A DNA stretch of 61,912 bases, filler included. It is 3 parts of 3 records of this genome, joined end to end, with 100 filler letters (N's around TTAATTAATTAA, not from the genome) between each part and the next. Parts side by side here need not be neighbours in the genome. Positions count along the whole stretch, not along the records: positions 29,747 to 55,925 come from DRR378314_293; positions 56,026 to 61,912 come from DRR378314_314; 1 more part is not named here. One strand, given 5' to 3'. This document shows, piece by piece, positions 50,941 to 61,854 of the stretch. Position 1 is the stretch's first letter, and each line of letters starts with the position of its first letter. The notes beneath the pieces are model-generated. The model saw nothing but the letters and a program-made list of their open reading frames with translations. It did no database searches and was not told where the DNA came from. A program made the position numbers and the translations under genes.

Positions 50941-51308
50941 GTGTATTGAATTCCTTCTGCCAGGCCCTAAATAGAGGGAAGGGAGCTTGAAAGAATGCTT
51001 GCCGGAAAAACGGCAGCGTTCATGAAACCATCGTTGTCAGTGCTCAGGCGTTAATGATCACGCCTGGGGATTACTATAAGCGATATGCGATGTAACGCAA
51101 TGGTGCGTTATCGCTGCGGGTGAGGGTAATCCGAAGTACCCGGGTCGAACGAAGCGCTTCACATCCGCCTGACCAATCGCGTAAAGTAAGCTCTACAATA
51201 ATTTAGGAAATCGGTTGCTCCAAGTCATTTGCGGCAACTGTCAGAACTGTCAACAGCATCATCCATGCGGCCTGTGCCGATGGTGGGTGCACGAATTGGG
51301 AAACTGAA

Positions 51309-51635
51309 ATGAGCGGAAATATCGTAAACGTTACAGATGCCTCTTTTGAGCAGGACGTGCTGCAGTCAGACGTACCGGTATTGGTAGACTACTGGGCAGA
51401 ATGGTGCGGCCCGTGCAAGATGATCGCGCCGGTTCTGGAAGAAATGGCCGAAGAGTACGAAGGCAAGCTGAAAGTCTGCAAGCTGAACATCGACGAAAAC
51501 GAGCAGACTCCGCCCAAGTTCAACATCCGCGGCATCCCCACGCTGATGCTGTTCAAGAACGGCAACGTGGACGCCACCAAAGTGGGCGCACTGTCCAAGT
51601 CACAACTGGCCGCGTTCCTCGACAGCAATCTCTGA
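51309..51635 (+). CDS. trxA: Thioredoxin 1
   Basis: WAEWCGPCK and IRGIPTL; 108 aa. Confidence 0.97.
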   Translation: MSGNIVNVTDASFEQDVLQSDVPVLVDYWAEWCGPCKMIAPVLEEMAEEYEGKLKVCKLNIDENEQTPPKFNIRGIPTLMLFKNGNVDATKVGALSKSQLAAFLDSNL

Positions 51636-51650
51636 TAGCTGTTCGTTGGT

Positions 51651-51689
51651 CAAAACCGCCCCTGAGCCAAGGTTCACGGGCGGTTTTTT
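51651..51689. terminator. Bidirectional terminator between trxA and moaE
   Basis: aaaaccgccc ... gggcggtttttt. Confidence 0.8.
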
Positions 51690-51702
51690 ATTGCCATGAT
51701 CG

Positions 51703-52149
51703 CTACTCCCAACTCTGACTGCGATCCAGGTCAGCAGCCTTCTGCTCAACCCAGTGCTCCGTATCGCCCGTAATCTCCTTCTTCCAGAACGGCGCCGACG
51801 TCTTCAGCGCATCCATGATGAACTCGCAGGCCGCAAACGCATCCCCGCGGTGGGCGCTACACACCCCCACAAACACAATCTGATCAGCCAGCGCCAGCGG
51901 TCCCACCCGGTGAATCACCCGCGCGTCTCGCACATCCCAGCGTTGAGAGGCTTCAGCAATCAGCCCCTCGATAACCTGCTCCGTCATGCCCGGGTAGTGC
52001 TCCAGAAACAGCCCCGTCACACCCTCCAGATCGCCACTGTCCCGAACCAGCCCGGTAAATGTCGCGATGGCGCCCGTGCCGGAACCACTGTTACGGAGAG
52101 CGCGGTACTCTTCGGCGGGATCAAAATCCTGTTGCTGGACGCGAATCAC
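51703..52149 (-). CDS. moaE: Molybdopterin synthase catalytic subunit
   Basis: FTGLVR, LEHYPGMT, HRVG and APFWKKE. Confidence 0.95.
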   Translation of the reverse strand: MIRVQQQDFDPAEEYRALRNSGSGTGAIATFTGLVRDSGDLEGVTGLFLEHYPGMTEQVIEGLIAEASQRWDVRDARVIHRVGPLALADQIVFVGVCSAHRGDAFAACEFIMDALKTSAPFWKKEITGDTEHWVEQKAADLDRSQSWE

Positions 52150-52150
52150 A

Positions 52151-52420
52151 TCAACCCCCTGTCACAGGTGGAAAAAAGGCCACCTCATCGCCAGGCTGTA
52201 GTGCCCTGTCGGGCTTTGTCATAACCTGATTGACTGCAATCATAACCGGTTGCGCGCCGTCCAGTTGGGCCCAGTGCCCCCCTCTCGCGGCAAGGTTGTG
52301 CAGCAACTGACCGGCGGTGAGCCCGGGTTCGGCCTCAACCGCCAGCGTGGTGGTGTCCAGTTCCTCCCTCAAACGAGCAAAGAATTTCACCGTAATCGTA
52401 TTGTCCGTAGCCATGATCAT
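52151..52420 (-). CDS. moaD: Molybdopterin synthase sulfur carrier
   Basis: FFARLRE, AVNQ and C-terminal FFPPVTGG. Confidence 0.95.
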   Translation of the reverse strand: MIMATDNTITVKFFARLREELDTTTLAVEAEPGLTAGQLLHNLAARGGHWAQLDGAQPVMIAVNQVMTKPDRALQPGDEVAFFPPVTGG

Positions 52421-53631
52421 TCCAGCAGTTCCGCAAACGAGTAGTAGGTAACCGGGTCGCCGAGGGCAATGATTGTGTTCTCTGGCACCACAGCCAGCCC
52501 CTCAGCCCAACACGCCGAGCTCAGAACGCCGGAGCTCTGGTTGGGGTAGGCCGAAATCACCGGGCCGTTATCGCCCATGCTCTTGCGGGCACGGACATAG
52601 TGCCGACGAAAGGAGGGCTCCTCCATCGAAAACCCGGCCGGTATCCGTTCACCAGCGCCTGCCACTCCTGTACGGCCCTGACTGGCGCGAATAAACGGCA
52701 TACCGGCAACCAGTAAGGTGACCAGTACAGACGCCGGGTTACCGGGTAGGCCCAGCACGAGTGTGTTGCCAATCGCCCCGAAGGCCAACGGTTTTCCGGG
52801 TTTGATGGCCATGCGCCACAGCGACAGGCCGCCGGTTTCTTCCAGCACCGCCCGCACATGATCTTCCTCGCCCACTGAGACACCGCCACTGGTGATGATC
52901 AGGTCCGCCTCGCCGGCGGCCCGCTCAAGCGTGCTGCGGGTCGCCTCCCGGGTATCCTTCAGCGTCTCACAGAGCACTACATCGCAGCCTGCTTTCGACA
53001 GCAGCCCTAGCATCGTATAGCGATTGCTGTTGTAGATCTGTCCGGGCCCCAGGGACTGCCCCGGATCCACCAGCTCGTCACCGGTTGTGAGAATGGCGAC
53101 TTTCAGTTTTGCGTATGCCGTGACGTGTGCCAAACCGATGGACCCCAACAGGCCCATTTCCTGGGGGCGAATCCGCGTGCCCTTTGTCAGCGCAACATCG
53201 CCCTGTGCCAGATCCTGTCCCCGACGGCGGATATTCTGGCCTTCACTCACCGGGGCATTGACGGTGATGCCCTCACCGGAGACGGTGACCCGTTCCTGCA
53301 TGATGACAGAATCCGCACCGTCGGGGATTTCCGAGCCGGTAAAAATGCGCACGGCCGTTCCGGGTTCGAGTGTGCCCGGTGCCTCGCCAGCGGCGACCCG
53401 GCCGGACACCGGCAAAGACTGTTCGCCAGCAAGGTCCCCTGCGCGCACCGCGTAGCCATCGACCGCACTGTTGTCGGCCGGTGGTACATCCGCGGGAACC
53501 TTGTAATCCCGGGCAAGAACCCGGTCCAGACTGTCGGCCAGCGCCACGGTTTGTGTCTGTGTGACCGGCCGGACCCGGGAGACCAGGTGATTGATAGCGT
53601 CTTCTACGGGAGTCAGGTCAGAGCTTGCCAT
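52417..53631 (-). CDS. moeA: Molybdopterin molybdotransferase
   Basis: SAVDGYA, TGDEL, SGGVSVGEED, KPGKP and LPGNP. Confidence 0.95.
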   Translation of the reverse strand: MASSDLTPVEDAINHLVSRVRPVTQTQTVALADSLDRVLARDYKVPADVPPADNSAVDGYAVRAGDLAGEQSLPVSGRVAAGEAPGTLEPGTAVRIFTGSEIPDGADSVIMQERVTVSGEGITVNAPVSEGQNIRRRGQDLAQGDVALTKGTRIRPQEMGLLGSIGLAHVTAYAKLKVAILTTGDELVDPGQSLGPGQIYNSNRYTMLGLLSKAGCDVVLCETLKDTREATRSTLERAAGEADLIITSGGVSVGEEDHVRAVLEETGGLSLWRMAIKPGKPLAFGAIGNTLVLGLPGNPASVLVTLLVAGMPFIRASQGRTGVAGAGERIPAGFSMEEPSFRRHYVRARKSMGDNGPVISAYPNQSSGVLSSACWAEGLAVVPENTIIALGDPVTYYSFAELLE

Positions 53632-53634
53632 GGA

Positions 53635-54207
53635 TTATCGCTCCGAGCGCTCGCCGATGACCTGATTGATTCGGTTGATAGGCTTGTCCGGCTTACGCAG
53701 GGCCAGCGCCGAGAAATTGCAGGGGCCATGGCGACTGTCCAGCTGGCTGACCAGAATGCCGTTCCAGCCCGTGCGGCACGCACTTGTGGAGCCGGGCAGG
53801 CAGAAAATCACGGTATGATTGGCCAGTCCTCCAAAGGCACGGGACTGAATAGTGGAGGAGCCAATCTCGCTGGCGGACAGTCGGCGGAACTCCTCACCGA
53901 AGCCGTCGATGGCTTTATCCAGCAACGGGGCGACGGCCTCTGGTGTACTGTCTCGTTCATGGAAGCCGGTCCCGCCAGTGATGACGACGGCATGGATTTC
54001 AGGGTCTGCAATCCAGCCGGACATCAGCGCGCGGATGAGGTAAACATCGTCCGGGAGGATGCGCCGGGCAACCAGTCGGTGACCTGCTTCAATGATGCTG
54101 TTCTCCAGGAACTGCCCCGATGAGTCTTCCGTTTCACCACGGCTGTCGGACACTGTTAGCAGGGCAATGCTCAAGGGTTTCAGTTCGACGGTGGTGTCGC
54201 TGCTCAT
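53635..54207 (-). CDS. moaB: Molybdenum cofactor biosynthesis protein B
   Basis: LTVSDSR, TGGTG, IQSRA, LPGS and QLDSRHGPCNF. Confidence 0.93.
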   Translation of the reverse strand: MSSDTTVELKPLSIALLTVSDSRGETEDSSGQFLENSIIEAGHRLVARRILPDDVYLIRALMSGWIADPEIHAVVITGGTGFHERDSTPEAVAPLLDKAIDGFGEEFRRLSASEIGSSTIQSRAFGGLANHTVIFCLPGSTSACRTGWNGILVSQLDSRHGPCNFSALALRKPDKPINRINQVIGERSER

Positions 54208-54360
54208 GGTGGTCTCCGTAGTCTTTAAGGTCTGTCTGACAGTATCCTCATTGGGAATGCTGAATGGAAGAGGAGTAACCCATCAGAGGGATGCGGGGCA
54301 TTTGGGGGTGCCACTGAGGTGCCCGTAAGGAGAATTTGGTTCAAAAATGCGCAACATTAC

Positions 54361-54390
54361 TTGACATTGGTACGCAAGGTGGCTGATGAT
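54361..54390 (+). promoter_or_regulatory. Candidate sigma70 promoter for rho
   Basis: Perfect TTGACA at 54361 and a weak -10 (tgatga/gatgat) at 17-18 nt spacing. Confidence 0.45.
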
Positions 54391-54572
54391 CGCTGTTGCC
54401 CGGCGAACGGTTGTTCTTCCTGTCTCTGGCTTCAGTACCTTTCCGGACTCCATCTACACCGGTTGCTCCATCTGGCCAGCACCAAGTTCAACGTATACCC
54501 GATCAATCCGTTTAGGGGCGTCCCTTTCATTCCAATGTTCGTTTACTTCCATTCCTGACAATCTAACAACCT

Positions 54573-55835
54573 ATGAATCTTACTGAACTCAAGCAGAACT
54601 CCATGCCCGAATTGCTCGATATTGCGCAAGAGATGGGCCTCGATAACCTGGCTCGCTCGCGCAAGCAGGATGTCATCTTCACGATCTTGAAGAAGCATGC
54701 GAAAAGCGGCGAAGACATTTACGGTGACGGCGTACTGGAAATTCTGCAGGACGGTTTCGGCTTCCTCCGTTCCGCCGACGCCTCATACCTCGCCGGCCCT
54801 GACGACATCTACGTGTCGCCAAGCCAGATTCGCCGTTTCAACCTGCGGACTGGTGACACCATTGCGGGCAAGATCCGCCCGCCCAAAGACGGCGAGCGTT
54901 ACTTTGCCCTATTGAAAGTTAACGAGATTAACTTCGACAAGCCGGACAACGCCCGAAACAAGATCCTGTTCGAGAACCTCACGCCGCTGTTCCCCGATGA
55001 GCGCCTGATGCTCGAAGCCGGTAATGGTAGCACCGAGGATCTGTCTTCCCGCGTTCTGGATCTGGTAGCGCCCATCGGCAAGGGCCAGCGCGGCCTGATC
55101 GTGTCTCCGCCCAAAGCCGGTAAGACGCTGCTGATGCAAAGCATCGCCCAGTCCATCACCCGTAACAATCCAGAGTGCCATGTGATGGTGCTGCTGATTG
55201 ACGAGCGTCCGGAAGAAGTGACCGAGATGCAGCGCACCGTGCGTGGTGAAGTGATCGCCTCCACCTTCGACGAGCCACCGGCCCGTCATGTGCAGGTGGC
55301 CGAGATGGTCATCGAAAAGGCCAAGCGTCTGGTAGAGCACAAGAAAGACGTGGTGATCCTGCTGGATTCCATTACCCGTCTGGCCCGTGCCTACAACACG
55401 GTGATTCCGTCCTCCGGCAAGGTACTGACCGGTGGTGTCGACGCCCATGCCCTTGAGAAGCCCAAGCGCTTCTTTGGTGCGGCCCGAAACGTGGAAGAGG
55501 GCGGCAGCCTGACCATTCTTGCCACCGCGCTGGTCAATACTGGCTCCAAGATGGATGAAGTTATCTACGAGGAGTTCAAGGGAACCGGTAACATGGAGAT
55601 CCACCTGGATCGCAAAATTGCCGAAAAACGCACCTATCCGGCGATCAACATCCGCAGTTCCGGCACCCGCCGCGAGGATCTGCTGATGAGCGAGGCGGAC
55701 ATCCAGCGTATCTGGATTCTGCGCAAGCTGCTGCACTCCATGGACGACGACACTGGCGCCATTGAGTTCCTGCTGGACAAGCTGCGTGAAACCAAGACCA
55801 ACGACGAATTCTTCCAGTCTATGAAGCGTCGGTAA
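54573..55835 (+). CDS. rho: Transcription termination factor Rho
   Basis: MNLTELK, DGFGFLR, PPKAGKT and [13 protein letters not shown]. Confidence 0.98.
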   Translation: MNLTELKQNSMPELLDIAQEMGLDNLARSRKQDVIFTILKKHAKSGEDIYGDGVLEILQDGFGFLRSADASYLAGPDDIYVSPSQIRRFNLRTGDTIAGKIRPPKDGERYFALLKVNEINFDKPDNARNKILFENLTPLFPDERLMLEAGNGSTEDLSSRVLDLVAPIGKGQRGLIVSPPKAGKTLLMQSIAQSITRNNPECHVMVLLIDERPEEVTEMQRTVRGEVIASTFDEPPARHVQVAEMVIEKAKRLVEHKKDVVILLDSITRLARAYNTVIPSSGKVLTGGVDAHALEKPKRFFGAARNVEEGGSLTILATALVNTGSKMDEVIYEEFKGTGNMEIHLDRKIAEKRTYPAINIRSSGTRREDLLMSEADIQRIWILRKLLHSMDDDTGAIEFLLDKLRETKTNDEFFQSMKRR

Positions 55836-55869
55836 GTTTGGTTTTAGCCCTCTTTGCGCATTTGCTTAT

Positions 55870-55925
55870 GGGGGCTGCTCACGCCGGGGATCGTCTTCCC
55901 GGACACGCCGTGAACCCATCCATGG
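55870..55925. repeat. Truncated palindromic repeat at contig end
   Basis: tcttcccggacacgccgtgaacccatccatgg resembles the reverse complement of the element at 30349-30487 (ctctcccgaaacacgc...catccatg). Confidence 0.6.
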
Positions 55926-56025
55926 NNNNNNNNNNNNNNNNNNNNNNNNNNNNNNNNNNNNNNNNNNNNTTAATTAATTAANNNNNNNNNNNNNNNNNNN
56001 NNNNNNNNNNNNNNNNNNNNNNNNN
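55926..56025. other. Artificial contig spacer
   Basis: N44-TTAATTAATTAA-N44. Confidence 0.99.
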
Positions 56026-59000
56026 GAGGCGCGCGCGCAGAAGCGCGCCGTGCTGCGTCGCTGCGCCGCTGCGCTGCAGAGCGGCGTGCTGGCGCGTGCG
56101 TTCCGCGCGTGGCTCGACGGAGCGCGCGCCGAGCGGCACATGCACGCGCGCCTGCGCGCTGCGGTGCAGGCGTGGGTGCACCGCGCCGAGCTGCGCGCGT
56201 TCCAGACGTGGGAGGCGCACGCGCGCGAGCGCGCCCAGCTCCGCCGCCGCCTCGCGCGGACCGTGCGCCGGATGCGCGGCGACCTCGTCGAGCGCGCCTA
56301 CACCGCGTGGCTCGCGCAGACCGACAAGCGCGCCGCGCGCCGCGCCATCGTGCAGCGCGCCGTCTCGCGCTGGCTGCGCGCCGCCGCGTGGCGCGCCCTG
56401 CAGACGCTGCGCGCGCGGTGCCAGGCGCGCCGCGCCGCACGCGCCGCGCTCCAGCGCGTGGCGGCGGCGCTGCACCACGCGCTCGCCGCGCGCGCGCTGC
56501 GCACGTGGCGCGCCGAAGCGCAGCGCGACGCGCGCACGAGCACCGCGCTGCGCCGCGCCGTGTCCGCGTGGCGCCTCGGCACGGAGCACGCCGCCTTCCA
56601 GCAGTGGCGCGACTGGGCGAAGACGCGGTGCGAGCAGCGCGCCGGGCTGTGGCGGATCCTGCGCGCGTGGCGCTTGCACCTCGCCGCGCGCGCGCTGCGC
56701 TCGTGGCGCACCGCGGCGCGCGGCGCGCAGCGCGAGCACGCGATCCTCCGCGTCGCCGTCGGCCGGTGGCGCGAGGGCACGCTCTCGCGCGCCTACGTCG
56801 CGTGGCGCGCGCGCGCCGAGGTGCGCGCGCTGCGCCGCGTGACGCTCCGCCGCGTCGTCGCCGTCTGGCACCGCAGCATCGCCGCGCGCGCGCTGCACGC
56901 GTGGCGCGCCGCCGCCGCCGCGCACCAGCGCGACCTCGTCGCGCTGCGCCGCGTCGCGCTGCGCTGGCACGCGTCGGCGCTCTCGCGCGCGTACAACACG
57001 TGGCGCGGCGCCATTGCGGACCGCGGCGCCGAGCGCGAGATCCTCTTCACGGTGTTTGCGTTCTGGCGGAACCGCATTCTCTCGCGCGCGCTCAACGCGT
57101 GGCGCGACGCGTCGGCGGCGCACCGCGCGCAGATGGCGCGCCTGCGCGGGTCGGTGGCGCGCTGGCGCTCCGCGCTCGTCGCGCGCGCGTACTTCAAGCT
57201 CCGCGCGCGCGCCGCTCGCGCGCAGCACGAGCGCGCGGTGCTCCGCCGCTGCGTCATCCGGTGGCACCAGCAAAACGTGCTGCGCTGCTACTCGCGGTGG
57301 CTCGACGTCGCCGCGCAGCGCACCGACGCGCGCGCCGCGCTCTCGGCGGTCGTCGCGCGCTGGTCGCAGCGCGCCGCCGCGCGCGCGCTCGCCTCGTGGC
57401 GCGACGCGGCGCGCGCCGACCGCTCCGCGCGCACCGCGCTGCACCGCGTTGTGGCGCGCTGGCGGCGCGGCGCGCTGGCGCGCGCGTTCGCGACGTGGGA
57501 GGCGCACGTCGACGAGACGCGCGCGCACCGCGCGGCCGTGCGGCGCGTCCTCGTGCAGCTCGGCGCGCAGCACGCCGCGCGCGCCTTCCGCGCGTGGCGC
57601 GCTGCGGCGGCGCGCCAGAGCAACGAGCGCGCCCTCCTGCGGCGCGCGCTCCTCGCGTGGATGCAGCGCCTCCTCGGCGCCGCGTACGGCCGCTGGCTCG
57701 CGGCGGCGGCGGCGCGGCGCGCGGCGCGCGCGCGTCTCGCGCGTGCGGTCGGCGCGTGGCGCGAGCGCGCGCTCGCCGCGGCGTTCCGCGCGTGGGAGGC
57801 GCACGCGCTCGAGCGGCGCGCGGCGCGCGGGCGCGTGCGTGCGGCGCTGGCGCGGTGGCACGACGGCGCTGCCGCGCGCGCGTACGCGGCGTGGCGCGCG
57901 CGCACGGTGCGCCGCGCCGCCGACCGCGCCGTGCTGCACCGGTGCGCCGCGCAGTGGGCGCAGGGCGCGGCGGCGCGCGCGCTCCGGCGCTGGCGGCACG
58001 CGGCCGCGCGCGACGCCGCCGACCGCGCGGCGCTGCGGCGCTGCGTCGGCGTCGTGCTGCGCTCGTCGGCCGCGCGCGCGTTCCGCGCGTGGCGCGACGC
58101 CGCCGCCGCGCACCGGCGCAGCGAGGCGGCGCTGCGGCGCTGTGCGGCGCAGTGGTCGCGCGGCGCGGCGGCGCGCGCTCTCCGGCGCTGGCGCTCGGCG
58201 GCGGCGGCCGACAGCGCGCGCCACGCGCGTCTCGCCGGCGCCGTGCGCGCGTGGCGCAGCAGCGCGACGGTGCGCGCGTTCCGCGCGTGGGAGGCGCACG
58301 TGCAGCGCCGCCGCGACGCGCGCGCCGTGCTCGAGGTCGCGCTGCAGCGGTGGACGGCGCGCCGCGCGTTCCGCTGCTACACGCACTGGCGCGCGCGCGT
58401 CGCCGCGACGCAGCGGCTCGGCGCGGTGATGATGCGCGTCGTCGCGCGCTGGCGGCGCCGCATGCTGCTCGCGGCGGTCGCGTACTGGGAGGAGCACGCC
58501 GAGTACCGCGCGCGCGCCCGCACGCGCGTCGCCGCCGCAGTGCGCCGCTGGCAGACGGCGCGCGCGCGCGCGGCGCTGCAGCAGCTCGCGCTCGGCGCGC
58601 AGCGGGCGCGGCGCGCGCGCGTCCTCCGCGCGCGGCTCGGCGCGGCGCTGCTGCGTGCGCGGTGCGGCGCCATGCTCGCATCGTGGCGCATCGCCGCGCG
58701 GCGCCACGCCGCGAGCAGCGCGAGGCAGCGGCGCGCGGTGGCGTTTTGCGCGCGTGCGCAGCTGCGCGCGCGCTTCCGCGCGTGGGAGGACGCCGTCGCG
58801 GACTCGCGCGCCGTGCACGCGCGCCTGAGCACCGCGGTGCGCCGCTGGGTGAGCGCGCTGCAGCTGCGCGCGTTCCGCTCGTGGGAGGCGCACGTCGACG
58901 CGCGCCGCGCGCTGCGCGCCCGCACGCGCCAGTTCCTCGTGCGCTGGCACGAAAGCGCGCTCGCACGCGCGTACGAGAAGCTCCGCCACCACGCGCTGCT

Positions 59001-60666
59001 CGGCGCGCGGCGCGAGGAGATCGTCGGGCGCCTCGTGCGCAGCTGGCGCGCGCGCCTCCTCGCCGCGGCGCTCGGGCGCTGGGCCGGGCGCGCCGCGGCG
59101 CGCGCCGCGAGCCGCCGCTGCGCGCGCAAGGTCGCCCTCCGCGCGCGCTCCGCGCTCCTCGCGCGCGCGTACGCTGCGTGGGTCGCGTGGCGCGCCGCGC
59201 AGCGCCGCCGCCGTGCCGCGCGCGCGCGCATGCTCGCAGTGTTTAGCGCCGGCGGTGCGCCGCTGCGCGCTGCGTTCCGCGCGTGGCGCGCGGCGGCGCA
59301 CCGCGCGGCGGCGGCGAGCCAGCGGTCGAGCGCGGGCGCGCGCGCCGCCGCGCTGCAGACCGCGCGCGCCGATGTCGCCGAGGCGGCGGCGCGCGAGCGC
59401 GAGCTCGCCGGCGAGCTGCGCGACGCCGCGGACCTCGCGCGCGCGGTCGGCGAGCGCGCGGCCGCCGAGGCGCGTGCGCGCGCCCTCTCGCTGCGCAAGG
59501 CGCTGGCGACGATCACCGCGCACCGCGCGCTGGCGCTGTGGCGCGCAGAGGCGGCGCGCGGCGCGCAGCGGGCGGCGGCGCTCCGGCGCGCGGTCGCGGC
59601 GCTGCGGTGCGCGCGCGGCGTGGCGGCGCTGCGCGCGTGGCGCGGCGTGGCGGTGCGGGCGGCGCAGGCGCGCGGCGACGCGGCGCGCGCGGCGGCCGAG
59701 GCGGAGCGCGCGACGGCGCTGCGCGGCGCGCTGGACCGCGAGCGCGCGGGCACGGAGCGCCTGCGCGGCGAGCTGGCGCGCGCGCAGGCGGACGCCAGGG
59801 CGCTCGGGCGGCGCGCCGACGAGCTCGGCGACGCGCTGCGCGGCGAGCGCGCCGGCGCGGAGGAGCTGCGCGCGGCGCTCGCGCGCGCGCAGGCGGACGC
59901 GGAGGCGCTTGGGCGGCGCGCCGACGAGCTGCGCGCGGCGCTCGACGCGGAGCACGCCGACGCGCGGCGCATCGAGCGCGACGTCGCTGCGCTGCGCGAC
60001 GACATTGCGCGGCGCGCCGACGCGCTGCAGCGCGAGGCGGCGGAGCTGCGCGCGGACGTCGCGCGCGCGGAGGAGGCGGCGGCGCGCGCCGGCGGGGCGG
60101 CCGCCGGGGTCGTCGCGCTCGTCGCGCAGCGCGGCGCGCGCGCCACGGCGCTGCAGCGCTGGCGCGGCGTGGTCGGCGCGGAGCGTGCGGCGGCGCGCGC
60201 GCGCGTGATGGCGTCGGTGGTGGCGCGCGCGGTGGCGCGCGCGCAGGTGCGCGCGTTCCTGCTGTGGAGCGACGCGGTGGCGGAGCGCCGCGCGCGCCGC
60301 GCGGCGACCGGCGCGGCGCTGAGCGCGATGCGGCACGCGGACGCGCGGCGCGCGTGGAACACGTGGCGCGACGGCGCGCGGCGCGCCAAGATGCTCACGC
60401 GGCGCAGCGCGAACCGCTGGCGCTTCGGCGCGCTCTCGCGCGCGTACTTCCTCTGGCGCGACCTGCCGGCGAAGCGCGACGCGGAGCGCGCGGAGGCGGC
60501 GGGCCGCGCGGCGGCGCTGCGGCGCCTCTTGCTGGCGCGCCCGGCGCTCGCGCGCTGGCGGGCGGCGGTGCGGCGCGACCGCGCGGAGAAGGCGCGGCTG
60601 CGGCGCGCGCTCGGCGCGTGGCACGACAGCCGCCTCGCCGCCGCGTTCCGCACGTGGAAGGCCAAG
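56026..60666 (+). CDS. Eukaryotic Sfi1-like repeat / coiled-coil protein, large exon (5'-truncated)
   Basis: 33-aa periodic W...(L)xRAFxxW repeats, then coiled coil. Ends at the donor AAG|GTGAGC, where GC content drops. Confidence 0.8.
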
Positions 60667-60820
60667 GTGAGCGCAGCGCTGCGTCGCGCACGAAGGGAGA
60701 AGAGGGGAGGAGGAGCGCTCGCATGCCTGCCGCGTATTGTATTTTTTGTCGTCATGATTATTATTTTTTGATTAAAATTTGTATTTGGCTGGTTATGTTT
60801 GCCTGTTTGCTTGTTTGCAG
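60667..60820 (+). other. Spliceosomal intron 1 (phase 0)
   Basis: GTGAGC ... T-rich ... ttgtttgcAG; reading frame preserved. Confidence 0.85.
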
Positions 60821-61081
60821 GTCTGCGGCGAGGACCGTGTGACGCGGAAGGAGTTCCAGGACCTGCAGGACGAGAACGCGCGGCTGCGCGAGCAGCTCGC
60901 CGCCGCGGAAGACGAGCGCCGCCGCGCGGTCAACGACGCGCTCCGCGACGCCATGGGCCGCATGCGCGAAAACATGCAGGAGCTGGTGCGCGGCATCGAG
61001 GCGCGCGAGGCCGAGGCGGAGAAGAAGCTCGAAGAGGCGCGACGCGTGTCCGCGGGGAGCAAGTCGGTGTCGAAGGAGAGG
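60821..61081 (+). CDS. Exon 2 (coiled coil)
   Basis: VCGEDRVTRKEFQDLQDENARLREQL...SVSKER, ending at a GTACGC donor. Confidence 0.8.
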
Positions 61082-61289
61082 GTACGCGGCTGCGGCGCTG
61101 GGAGCGGAGGGAGGCGGAAAAAGGGAGGCGGAAGGCGTGCCGCACGAAGAGACTCCTCTTCTTCTTCTTCTTCTTCTTTTTTCTTTTTGGCTGCAGCGCG
61201 TGCATACATGGGCGCTAATGGTTCGGCTCGCTTCGCTCGGTGCGCGCGCGCTCGCCGCCGCTGCATCCTGATTTTTGTGCGCGCTGCAG
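61082..61289 (+). other. Spliceosomal intron 2 (phase 0), containing a (CTT)n tract
   Basis: GTACGC ... gcgctgcAG. Confidence 0.75.
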
Positions 61290-61444
61290 TTCGATCGCGT
61301 CAACCAGCAGCTGGCGGCGGAGAAGAAGGCGCAGGTGCAGCTGCTCCACCGCATGAAGGAGCAGCACGAGTTCTACCTGCTCGCGCTCAAGTTCGCCCGC
61401 GAGCTCAAGGGGCTCGAGAAGCAGCTCGGGCAATACCGGAGTCG
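61290..61444 (+). CDS. Exon 3
   Basis: FDRVNQQLAAEKKAQVQLLHRMKEQHEFYLLALKFARELKGLEKQLGQYRS, then a GTACGC donor. Confidence 0.8.
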
Positions 61445-61699
61445 GTACGCGCCCGACGAGTTTCGCAGCGCGTGCGCGAAACGGTGCCGAGGATGAGCGG
61501 GCGCGAGTGCAGGTGTCGTGGGTGATGTGGCGGGGTGGGTGGGGCGACAGAGTAGTTGCGCTTTGCTGGCCGCAGAATCTATTGTGCCACAGCGGTTCGA
61601 CGGTGTGCTTTGGCGGGCGTGCGCCGCTTATTCGCCGGCGACGCCTGATTATTAACCCCTTTTCTCTCACTCTCTCCCCTGCGCCACGGTCGCTTCCAG
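61445..61699 (+). other. Spliceosomal intron 3 (phase 2)
   Basis: GTACGC ... pyrimidine tract ccccttttctctcactctctcccct ... cttccAG. Confidence 0.8.
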
Positions 61700-61854
61700 G
61701 TGCCGCGAGATGGCCGACGGAACGCGCAGCGCAGCACAGTCGCGGAACCTCGCGCCGCCGCTACGCGATCTCGCCAACGATATCAAGGAGTCGAAAGTCA
61801 AGATTGCGGAAGTGCTCTCGCACCTCGCAAACTCCACCGAAGGCCAGCACGTCG
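61700..61854 (+). CDS. Exon 4; gene continues past the window
   Basis: Completes the split Arg codon, then CREMADGTRSAAQSRNLAPPLRDLANDIKESKVKIAEVLSHLANSTEGQHV. A GTACGC donor follows at 61855. Confidence 0.75.

Noticed and set aside
51703-54207. Functional link between the Moco genes and the Sec cassette (formate dehydrogenase)
   Set aside because: They lie on different contigs from different organisms.
60667-60771. Hydrophobic C-terminal tail of the 1573-aa ORF as a TM anchor
   Set aside because: It is translated intron sequence after the GTGAGC donor.
55978-60842. Long alternative-frame and antisense ORFs (1548, 1045, 792 aa and others)
   Set aside because: They are shadows of extreme GC content. 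Only the frame starting at 56026 shows periodic Trp repeats and splices coherently.
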